This document shows positions 8,139-16,227 of a DNA stretch of 64,000 bases, piece after piece (the first letter of the stretch is position 1; the number at the start of each line of letters is the position of its first letter). The notes under the pieces were generated by a model. It saw nothing but the letters and a program-made list of their open reading frames with translations. It was not told the origin of the DNA and searched no databases. Position numbers and translations under genes: made by a program. The stretch covers positions 224,001-288,000 of the forward strand of contig JAVCBU010000012.1 of NCBI GenBank assembly GCA_037917685.1, given 5' to 3'. This DNA comes from Thermoproteota archaeon. Its GTDB lineage: Archaea > Korarchaeota > Korarchaeia > Korarchaeales > JAOZGB01.

Positions 8139-9068
8139 ATGTTTGGTCTCGAGAAACACCAACTTATAGTGATAGGTGCTGGGCCAGCGGGTCTCACGGC
8201 TGGTATGTACGCAGCAAGCATGAAAATTGATACACTAATAATCGAAGGGACAGCCAAACCTAGGCTAGCTTTAGCAGAAGTTATAAACAATTATCCGGGA
8301 TTTACAGAGCCCATCTCAGGGGTAGAACTACTCAGCAGAATGAGAAATCATGCGTTAAAGATGGGTGCAAAAATAGTTAAAACCGATGTCATCTCTACGC
8401 AACTCTCAACAGACCCCAAAATGTTAACAACAAGAGAAAATAAGATATACTCCGCCGACGCTGTAATAATAGCCACGGGTCTGCAACAGAAGAGTCTTAG
8501 GATTAAAAACGAACAGAAGTTAACCGGTAGAGGAGTAAGTTACTGTGCGATATGCGATGGCCCATTATTTGCGGGTAAAACCGTTGCACTAATAGGATCC
8601 GGCGAGGCTCTAATAGAAGAAGCAGAGAGGCTCTCAGGTATCGTAGGAAAACTATACGTGGTACAATTGCCTCCTGAAACCATGGAAAACAGGAGGATAG
8701 TGAACATATCTAACAAAATAGAATTAGTCAAGAACGCTAAACCCCTAGAGATTCTCGGAGAAAACTATGTCACAGGTCTAAAAGTATCTGTAGAGGACAG
8801 AGAGGAAACGATAGGCGTAAACGCGGTATTTATAGCCACCGAGAAGATCCCAACCGCCAAGCTATTAGAAAATTCAGGGGTGAAAACTGATTATAGAGGG
8901 TGCATCATAGTCGACAAGGATCAGAAAACCAGTGTGGAAGGCGTCTACGCAGCAGGGGACTGCACATGTAGAGGATTACAAGTTGTCACAGCTGCCGGAG
9001 ATGCTGCTGTAGCGGCAATAAATGCTTCTGTATATATTAGGAGAAAAATGAGGGAGTCCAAAAAATGA
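8139..9068 (+). CDS. trxB: Thioredoxin reductase-family flavoprotein
   Basis: GAGPAG, NYPG, IIATG, GRGVSYCAICDG, GVYAAGD. Confidence 0.85.
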   Translation: MFGLEKHQLIVIGAGPAGLTAGMYAASMKIDTLIIEGTAKPRLALAEVINNYPGFTEPISGVELLSRMRNHALKMGAKIVKTDVISTQLSTDPKMLTTRENKIYSADAVIIATGLQQKSLRIKNEQKLTGRGVSYCAICDGPLFAGKTVALIGSGEALIEEAERLSGIVGKLYVVQLPPETMENRRIVNISNKIELVKNAKPLEILGENYVTGLKVSVEDREETIGVNAVFIATEKIPTAKLLENSGVKTDYRGCIIVDKDQKTSVEGVYAAGDCTCRGLQVVTAAGDAAVAAINASVYIRRKMRESKK

Positions 9069-9250
9069 ACATGACGATTATAATTGCGGTACTCTTACTG
9101 TTAATTATGATAGTTGTAGCGGTGAAGGTCTTCTTGCTACTCCTTCCGGCAGCAATAATCGGCTTCATCATATGGGTTATAACCGGAAATCCGACATATT
9201 CTATAATTGGATTTCTTATAATCCTCTTAATATCACTTCTTAAAAGGTAG
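9065..9250 (+). CDS. Small hydrophobic membrane protein
   Basis: 61 aa, almost entirely hydrophobic; coupled between trxB and nadE. Confidence 0.6.
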   Translation: MNMTIIIAVLLLLIMIVVAVKVFLLLLPAAIIGFIIWVITGNPTYSIIGFLIILLISLLKR

Positions 9251-9256
9251 TCTGAA

Positions 9257-10039
9257 ATGAACCCGGGGGATGTGTTAAAAATAGACGTCAATAGTGTTAA
9301 GAATAAAATAATTGAAAGATTTAGGGAATACGCTAGTAAACATAGTCTTGAGAGGGGGGTAATCGGGGTTAGCGGAGGAATAGATTCCGCCGTCACACTA
9401 TTCATATCCTCCTTTGCACTAGGAACTGCAAATATAACTGCTCTCATAATGCCTTCTAGATTCACTAAAAAAGAGGATGTAGCCGACGCTATGGAGGTTT
9501 GTAAAAGAGCGGGAGTTAAATTTGAAATTTTAAATATATCTATCATCGAGGAGGCCTTTCAAAAGACCATGCCTGTTAAGAGTAAGATAGCCATTGGAAA
9601 TAGGCATGCAAGGATACGTATGGTTTTACTATATTCATTAGCCAACGACATAGGCGGATTTGTCATCGGGACGGGAAACAAATCTGAGCTTTTAACAGGA
9701 TATTTCACAAAATACGGAGATGGAGGTGTCGACATTCTACCAATAGGAGGTCTTTATAAGACACAGGTTAGGATGCTTGCACGGGCCTTCCCCATCCCTC
9801 CGAGAATAATAGAAAAGAAACCCTCTGCAGGCCTCTGGCCAGGCCAGACAGACGAAGGCGAGCTTGAAATATCATATGAGACTCTTGATCTAATATTATA
9901 CTTCCTTTATGACATGGGTAGGAGCCCAGAGGATGTAAAAAGCATTTTGGGCTTGAGTAGAGAAGTAGACAGGGTTGTCAGCCTGTTATCTATAAACAGA
10001 CACAAAAGGAACCCGCCACCGATAATCGATCCATTCTAG
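9257..10039 (+). CDS. nadE: NH3-dependent NAD+ synthetase
   Basis: GVSGGIDS, GNRHARIRM, GTGNKSE, GYFTKYGDGG, PSAGLWPGQTDE. Confidence 0.95.
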   Translation: MNPGDVLKIDVNSVKNKIIERFREYASKHSLERGVIGVSGGIDSAVTLFISSFALGTANITALIMPSRFTKKEDVADAMEVCKRAGVKFEILNISIIEEAFQKTMPVKSKIAIGNRHARIRMVLLYSLANDIGGFVIGTGNKSELLTGYFTKYGDGGVDILPIGGLYKTQVRMLARAFPIPPRIIEKKPSAGLWPGQTDEGELEISYETLDLILYFLYDMGRSPEDVKSILGLSREVDRVVSLLSINRHKRNPPPIIDPF

Positions 10040-10040
10040 G

Positions 10041-10460
10041 CTACAGCCTCTTCTTTTTAGGCTCCTCAGCGTAAATGTTACTTATGTACTTTACTCCCAT
10101 ACATTTCTCACATTTTCCTAATACTTTATTTACATAATCACCATTCTGGAATTTCCTCGTGGTGGTTAGCCCGCATGAGCCACATTTCACCACTGTGATA
10201 ATGTTCAACTGAGGTATCCCCACTTCTAACCCAAATCTTATAAGATTATACAGTCCCTGACCAGCAAAGAATATAAGTGTAAATCCTATCATGAGCATGA
10301 ACATCGTGTAGGGAGACTGCGACGCCATGTCTCCATATTCCTTATAAACGTAGATTATCATCGTAACACCAAAGAGTATAACCGCAAGTGAGAGAATTAT
10401 ATTGGTAAATAGGATAATAGAGCTTCTTCCCTCCCGCTCCTTGCTGTTCCCCAACCCCAC
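10041..10460 (-). CDS. Membrane protein with C-terminal zinc ribbon
   Basis: Two TM segments followed by CGSC...FQNGDYV...CEKC. Confidence 0.7.
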   Translation of the reverse strand: MGLGNSKEREGRSSIILFTNIILSLAVILFGVTMIIYVYKEYGDMASQSPYTMFMLMIGFTLIFFAGQGLYNLIRFGLEVGIPQLNIITVVKCGSCGLTTTRKFQNGDYVNKVLGKCEKCMGVKYISNIYAEEPKKKRL

Positions 10461-11597
10461 TCACCTTATTCCAATCGAATTTCCAATACCAGCAACTATA
10501 ATAGTATCGCCCTTATGCGTTCTCTCTTTCAGAATATGTTTTATCCTATCGACGACTGAATCAGCGGCAAGACTTATCTCTTTTTTCATGATTGCAATTG
10601 CGTCTAGGGGATCCATTTTAACTACTATTGAGTCGATAGGGATCTTATATTTCGTGGCAACTTCTTCAATCTTATACTTCTCCGGACCAGGGTCTCCAAT
10701 AGCCGCCCCAACATACTCCGTTATCTCAGCCGTAGGCTCCCCCTCTAACTTCCCACCCGCATCAACCATGATTATCCTCGAAATAGCTCCGCTCCTCATC
10801 TCTATAAGCCTTTTGATGGCCTCGCCTGGTTTACCTACCTCTCCACCCGGACCCTTTGCTTTGACTAAGAGAACATTCCTCCCCTCATATGTTATCCTAT
10901 AGAGGGAAATATTTTCAGCTATTTCTTCCCCTTCTAGGTTAGGATCATACTCGCTCACGAACCTTGCTACTACCAACGGCCCTAAACCATCTCCAATAGG
11001 GGTTCCCTTCCTAAAGGCGTCTATAGAGTTATGATAAGCCTTAGCTATCTTCATGATCTCAGGTAGAACCATTTGAACTTGAAATATATAGTAGAAATTC
11101 TGTGTTTTCTTACCCATTATAAAGTAGTGCCTTACAACTCTATATATGTAATCTAATGCTAGGCATGAAAGGAACATGTCTTTAAGATTTGAATGGATAT
11201 GCATGTGGGCTTTGGGGGCTATCTCCCATACGACCTCGTCAAGCCTACCTTTCGCTGTATTTAACAGGTGTTCAAGTTTTCTAACAGCACCAGCAGGGTC
11301 GAGATAAACTGGTTCTATTATCCCAAACCCCTTATACCGGCTTAGCATTCTATCCACATTCTCTTTACTCTTACCATACTTTGAAGCTTCTTCTATAAAC
11401 ATTTTTGAGGCTGACTGGTTTAAATTCCATAGTTTATCTAATGCCCTCGCGATATCCGAGAGACCTTTCCAAGCTTGAATCTTCATTCCGAAAATTTGAA
11501 TTAGGATAAGCGTTACTATGAACAAGACCCATTGGATCATGTTTGATCCTTGATCTTGAAGTAAGGCCAGTATAGGTTCAACCATTAGGGGATGCAC
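10461..11597 (-). CDS. DUF1512-family protein
   Basis: PIGDGLGPLV, KAKGPGG.VG.PG, IMVDAGGKLEGE, GAAIGDPGPEK, GIGNSIGI; N-terminal TM. Confidence 0.8.
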   Translation of the reverse strand: MHPLMVEPILALLQDQGSNMIQWVLFIVTLILIQIFGMKIQAWKGLSDIARALDKLWNLNQSASKMFIEEASKYGKSKENVDRMLSRYKGFGIIEPVYLDPAGAVRKLEHLLNTAKGRLDEVVWEIAPKAHMHIHSNLKDMFLSCLALDYIYRVVRHYFIMGKKTQNFYYIFQVQMVLPEIMKIAKAYHNSIDAFRKGTPIGDGLGPLVVARFVSEYDPNLEGEEIAENISLYRITYEGRNVLLVKAKGPGGEVGKPGEAIKRLIEMRSGAISRIIMVDAGGKLEGEPTAEITEYVGAAIGDPGPEKYKIEEVATKYKIPIDSIVVKMDPLDAIAIMKKEISLAADSVVDRIKHILKERTHKGDTIIVAGIGNSIGIR

Positions 11598-11665
11598 CTG
11601 ACAGCATTATATATAACTATAAATCCTTTTAACCTTTCCGAATAATGAGTAGACGGTGAGTAGGA

Positions 11666-11791
11666 TTGGCGGAAGCTAACGTTTGTAAAAACTGTGCTCA
11701 CGCCAAAAAGAAAAGGGGAACCCTATTCTGCTCGCTTTTAAAACAGAAGGTAAATCCTAACCACACATGTGGAAAATTCAAACCTAAATAA
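11666..11791 (+). CDS. Small 4-Cys putative metal-binding protein (41 aa; below the ORF track cutoff)
   Basis: TTG start 5 nt after GGTGAG; MAEANVCKNCAHAKKKRGTLFCSLLKQKVNPNHTCGKFKPK; its stop is followed directly by the SD (GAGGAG) of the next gene. Confidence 0.6.
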   Translation: MAEANVCKNCAHAKKKRGTLFCSLLKQKVNPNHTCGKFKPK

Positions 11792-11802
11792 GAGGAGTAA
11801 AA

Positions 11803-12123
11803 TTGAATGGGAAGGCGACTATAATAGTAGATAAAAGTATTGTAGAAAGTGCTGTTATTGAAAAGGCCATGGAAATTCTTCGCAACTTAGGTTATAGTCC
11901 TTTTATAATTGATGGTATGAATATTAAGGAGGCAATTGAAGCTATTGAGAAGGCTGAGCTTGTAACTGTTATCGGGGATGCTGGAAACTGGGTTCTTGGC
12001 GGGTTAATTTTAATTGCTAGGATGATGGGCAAGGAGATAGTGACATATCATAGTAGCGGGGGATGGCCAAAGCTATTCTCAGCAAAGCCACTAACCAGCA
12101 AGTTTAGATCTGACGAGACTTGA
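11803..12123 (+). CDS. Hypothetical protein (possible nucleoside 2-deoxyribosyltransferase-like fold)
   Basis: Clear SD GAGGAG; AIEKAELV...ARMMGKEIV pattern. Confidence 0.55.
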   Translation: MNGKATIIVDKSIVESAVIEKAMEILRNLGYSPFIIDGMNIKEAIEAIEKAELVTVIGDAGNWVLGGLILIARMMGKEIVTYHSSGGWPKLFSAKPLTSKFRSDET

Positions 12124-13413
12124 TACTACGTTCACAGGGTCTAAGTAGTCGGAGAAGGCCGGGTTATATGGAATCTCGACTCCTTCTAGATCTGAGAATC
12201 TTAGTCGACTATTTACAGCTAAAGAAACAATGCTAATTCGAGGATACACATCTCGCCCTATAGCTTGCCCTCCTAGAATCCTACCATCATCTGATGAGAA
12301 TACCAATTTTAAGGTGATTTTACCCGAATCTTGCATATACCATGGTTTACTCCAACATGTATACTTATATGAGCATACTTTAAAACCAGCTTTGACAGCA
12401 TTTTCCTCCGTAAGTCCGACAGCTCCGATTTCGATGTCTCCAGCTTTTATTACATATGGTGAAGCTGAACCTCTATATTCTATGGATCCGCCGGTAGCAT
12501 TTATCCCTGCAACCATGCCCTGTTTCACCGCTGAAGTTGCAAGCATGCTAAGGGTTCTCCCTCCTGACACGATATCGAAAGTTTCAACACAGTCCCCACA
12601 GGCATATATCTGTTCAATGTTGGTTCTCATCCTCCTATCAACTACTATTCCCCCGAGATCGCCTATTCTAAGCCCGGCTGACTTAGCAAGTGATATGTTA
12701 GGCTTTACTCCTGTTGTTAGAATAACCATGTCTACCGGTATAGTTTCTTTACCAACGGTTATATCTGAAACCTTACCCCCGACGCCACCTATCTGTTTAA
12801 GAGGAGACCCTAGTTTAAGGTGAATTTTGTCAGATATCTTTTCAACCAGTATTTCAGCCATATCTCTATCTAGCCTACCATGTAAGGGCGTGTCAAACAT
12901 TTCTATAAGATAAACAGATTTAACAGCTTTCCTTATGGCTAACGCAACTTCTAATCCTGTTGCTGAAGCTCCGATAACAGCAACTTTTGAGGAGTTTTCC
13001 ATCCAAGATAGGATTCCCTCTAAATCACTTACATCCTTAAATTTGAAAACACCCTTAAGCCCTACCCCTGGAATAGGCGGGATTACCGGTAAGGATCCTG
13101 TAGCGATTATAAGCTTGTCATAGTTTACCGACACGTAGTCCTCCCCTGTTTTGACTATAATCTCTGATGATGAGGGTTTTATCATATTGGCAACTCCTCT
13201 TACCAGCTCAAATTTACTCGGAATCCGATCGACCCTCTTTAGCACTTCAACGGATGCGGTCCCGTTAAGTATATATGGAAGGCTACATGGATTATTGAAA
13301 ATTTTGTCTCTTTTTTCGATGACCGTTATCTTATGTTTATCCTTTGATTTAGCCGCAAATAGGGCAGCAGTCTTACCGGATGTCCCGTATCCAACGATTA
13401 CTATGTTATCCAT
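12091..13413 (-). CDS. CoA-disulfide reductase / NADH oxidase family flavoprotein
   Basis: IVIVGYGTSG, PCSLPY (redox Cys), LIIATGS, IYACGDC, ILGGQAIG, PYNPAFS; start placed at MDNIVIVG. Confidence 0.85.
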   Translation of the reverse strand: MDNIVIVGYGTSGKTAALFAAKSKDKHKITVIEKRDKIFNNPCSLPYILNGTASVEVLKRVDRIPSKFELVRGVANMIKPSSSEIIVKTGEDYVSVNYDKLIIATGSLPVIPPIPGVGLKGVFKFKDVSDLEGILSWMENSSKVAVIGASATGLEVALAIRKAVKSVYLIEMFDTPLHGRLDRDMAEILVEKISDKIHLKLGSPLKQIGGVGGKVSDITVGKETIPVDMVILTTGVKPNISLAKSAGLRIGDLGGIVVDRRMRTNIEQIYACGDCVETFDIVSGGRTLSMLATSAVKQGMVAGINATGGSIEYRGSASPYVIKAGDIEIGAVGLTEENAVKAGFKVCSYKYTCWSKPWYMQDSGKITLKLVFSSDDGRILGGQAIGRDVYPRISIVSLAVNSRLRFSDLEGVEIPYNPAFSDYLDPVNVVSSLVRSKLAG

Positions 13414-13478
13414 AGATTTACACCAATAGATGGTACCATTTAAATTTACCCCTGACTTTCCTACTATTAGAGCTACCA

Positions 13479-14252
13479 ATGGGATACATTAAACTTGTAG
13501 AATATTACAGACCACAGGTAGATAGTCCTGTGTTGATACAGGGCCTGCCAGGCGTAGGACTCGTCGGCAAGCTAACAGCGGACTTTCTAATAAAACAGTT
13601 TAAACCAGACAAGTTTGCTAGCATCTTTTCCGAGTACCTTACCCTTCCAAGCGGGGCGCTTGGTGTTCTCCTTAAGAGTGGGAATAGTATAGAGATATAC
13701 TCTTACGACTTCTATCATATTCAGGCTAAAAATGCTGATCTTATTCTTCTAACTGCAGAGGTTCAGCCAACAACGTGGGGGCAATATTCAATGGCAAATC
13801 AGGTTCTAGATTTCTTTAGGAGTCTCGGGGGAACGATGGTTGTAACTATGGGTGGTAACGTGGTACAGAGATATGAAAATACAGTTTACGCTTGCGCCTC
13901 AAACATGGAGCTTCTTAAAATGCTTTCAAAATATAGGGTTCTCCCACTCCAAGGGGGCGAGGTAACGGGTGCATGTGGTTTGCTAGCTGGACTCGCACCC
14001 GTCAAAGGAATGGATTCATTCTGCCTATTATCATCCACTAGAGGAGTGTATCCGGATCCTAAGGCAGCAAGACGCCTCCTTAAAATAATAGACGAAATGT
14101 ACGGGATAAATGTTGATTACAGCATTGTTAACAAAGCTATAAAGGACGTAGAAATGGCATTGACCCTGAGAAGAGAGATGAACAGGATAATTCAAAGGGC
14201 GAGAGGAGAAATTAAGCCTAAAAGCAGGGAAGAAATACCATACAGGGGTTAA
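13479..14252 (+). CDS. PAC2-family proteasome assembly chaperone
   Basis: LIQGLPGVGLVGKL, TMGG, GACGLL, PDPKAA. Confidence 0.85.
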   Translation: MGYIKLVEYYRPQVDSPVLIQGLPGVGLVGKLTADFLIKQFKPDKFASIFSEYLTLPSGALGVLLKSGNSIEIYSYDFYHIQAKNADLILLTAEVQPTTWGQYSMANQVLDFFRSLGGTMVVTMGGNVVQRYENTVYACASNMELLKMLSKYRVLPLQGGEVTGACGLLAGLAPVKGMDSFCLLSSTRGVYPDPKAARRLLKIIDEMYGINVDYSIVNKAIKDVEMALTLRREMNRIIQRARGEIKPKSREEIPYRG

Positions 14253-14303
14253 ACATCATTGTTAAAGAAGAATTTAATATTTCAAAACGATGAATATTAG
14301 GTT

Positions 14304-14960
14304 ATGGGCATTCTAGATTTATTCAAGAAGAAGATAGTGTCATTTGAAAAAATAGTTGAACATACACAATGCAGTCTAATGGTTGTTGAAAAGCTGAGGC
14401 AAGCTATTGTGAGTAATATAGAGAATAGGTTAGCTGAGTGTATAAAGGAAATAGGCGAAGTTGAAAACCTTGAGGGTGAAGCTGACACCCTGCGAAGAGG
14501 AATAAATACAGAGTTAACAAAGGGGGTTCTTCCGCCTTTTAGTAGGCAAGACTTAATGCGACTAGTTAGACGCATAGACATGGTAGCAGACTACGCACAT
14601 GAAGCTGGCAGACTTTTGACCTACCTCAACCTTTCAAAACTTGACGAAGATCTTAAGAGGAAAATACTGATGCTAATAAATGAAACCGTATATTGTACGA
14701 AGTTAACACTAGAGGCTACAAAAACTATGAGTTCAGACTTTAAACTGGTGGGAGGAATATGTGACAAAATAGAAAACTCTGAAAGAAAGTGTGATATGTT
14801 GTACCTAGAATCACTAGGCCAGGTGATTGTAGGAAGGTGCTGTGATGAAGGAGCTATGATAGCCCTCTTCGCTTTTCTAAAGGCACTGGAGGAAGTCTCA
14901 GATATGTGTGAGGACGCCTCTGATGTTATGAGAATAATATCTATCAGAGCCCTAGAATAA
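14304..14960 (+). CDS. DUF47 / PhoU-like phosphate transport regulator
   Basis: LEGEADTLRR, PFSRQDL...IDMVAD, ERKCD, LEEVSDMCEDASD. Confidence 0.85.
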   Translation: MGILDLFKKKIVSFEKIVEHTQCSLMVVEKLRQAIVSNIENRLAECIKEIGEVENLEGEADTLRRGINTELTKGVLPPFSRQDLMRLVRRIDMVADYAHEAGRLLTYLNLSKLDEDLKRKILMLINETVYCTKLTLEATKTMSSDFKLVGGICDKIENSERKCDMLYLESLGQVIVGRCCDEGAMIALFAFLKALEEVSDMCEDASDVMRIISIRALE

Positions 14961-15525
14961 CAAGTACTGGGCCTTAAGAATCAAAGCTGAAAGAATACCT
15001 GAAACGGGTAATGTAAGAATCCATGAGGCCACTATTCCAACGACCTGTTTATAATTTATGTTCATACCTCTTGCGAATCCCACCCCAATTATAGAAGAGA
15101 TAAGCACTTGACTGCTCGAAAGAGGCAAACCCATCATTGTTGCCAAAAAGGTGACGACTCCCGCTGAGAGTTGAGCTGAAAAAGCCATAGTGGGTGTTAG
15201 GTTAACTACAGACATACCTACCTTTATTAAAACTTTTTTACCTAACGTAGAAAGGCCTACTAGCATTCCAATCCCGCATATAATCCTTGCAACCATACTG
15301 TTACCTAAGATATTAGATAGGAATGCTGTAGCGTTTCCTACATCGTTTCCTCAACTTTCCAACCTATTAGCAAAGCGCCTATAAAGTTAAATGTCCCCCG
15401 ATTACCGCAGCTTTTAAAACAGTCATAAACCTCGAACCTGCAACGGTAGACATTGTTTCGTCGTTAGCACCAATACTTATAGCTATATACATCGAAAACA
15501 ATACTGAAGCAAGTAAGATTAGCAT
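14952..15525 (-). pseudogene. PiT-family inorganic phosphate transporter, frameshifted and internally deleted
   Basis: N-terminal IGANDET motif starts at ATG 15525. The frame breaks in a G5 run (15395-15399). A second break joins ..KVEET to the C-terminal NDVGNA segment, followed by GLPLSSSQ..SSIIGVG..SWILTLP. Confidence 0.8.
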
Positions 15526-15578
15526 TGTAGTTCATTATTTCACATAGCCTATGTATAAATGTTTGGAGGCCGATATCT

Positions 15579-16217
15579 TTGAAGAAGATCAAGTATATCT
15601 CATTCGATGTGGAAGGTACCCTGGTAACAAAGGATTTTAGTAATTATGTTTGGATGAAGCTTCTACCTACTCTGTATATGGAGAAAAATGGGTTAAGCTT
15701 TGAAGAGGCTTATAAATACGTTATGGAGCAGTATAGAATGATGGGAGACAGAAGGGTTGAATGGTACATGCTTAACTACTGGGTTGACAGGTTTAAACTT
15801 GAGGTTGACCCAGATATGATTCTACTTAGTGCGGCAAAAGAGGTTGGGGTTAAAGCATACAGTGATGCGATAGGCGCGATTAAACAGGCATCTAGTATAG
15901 GTAAAATTGTTTTAATCACCAATTCTACAAGGACTTTCTTAAAGTTTTTACTCTCCCCCTTTGATTCTAAAATATTTTATAAGATTTTCTCTGTAGTTGA
16001 CGACTTTAGACTTACAAAATACAGCGTTAAAGCCTATCATAAGGTCTTAGAGGTTTTAGAGGCTAATCCATCGAATATATGCCATATTGGAGACAACTTC
16101 GTACAGGACTATCTCGTTCCTATGAGTGTAGGAATCAGATCTTTTTATCTCTCAAGAGGTGGCGCCACCGGATATAAAAATCTAAATGAGATAGTTAACA
16201 ACATGATATCTGGCTAG
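15579..16217 (+). CDS. HAD-superfamily hydrolase
   Basis: SFDVEGTL, ITNS, K, HIGDNFVQD. Confidence 0.85.
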   Translation: MKKIKYISFDVEGTLVTKDFSNYVWMKLLPTLYMEKNGLSFEEAYKYVMEQYRMMGDRRVEWYMLNYWVDRFKLEVDPDMILLSAAKEVGVKAYSDAIGAIKQASSIGKIVLITNSTRTFLKFLLSPFDSKIFYKIFSVVDDFRLTKYSVKAYHKVLEVLEANPSNICHIGDNFVQDYLVPMSVGIRSFYLSRGGATGYKNLNEIVNNMISG

Positions 16218-16227
16218 GGGGTTAAAA

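Noticed and set aside
12230-12823. Long antisense ORFs (e.g. 12230..12823, 10402..10902, 18268..18831, 48977..49474, 50757..51257)
   Set aside because: They lie fully opposite well-supported genes and have no motifs; typical shadow ORFs
13414-13479. N-terminal extensions given by the ORF track (also 32005-32031, 31997-32044, 33463-33573, 63167-63280)
   Set aside because: Downstream starts fit the family N-termini and/or SD motifs better, and the extensions overlap divergent genes or promoter regions
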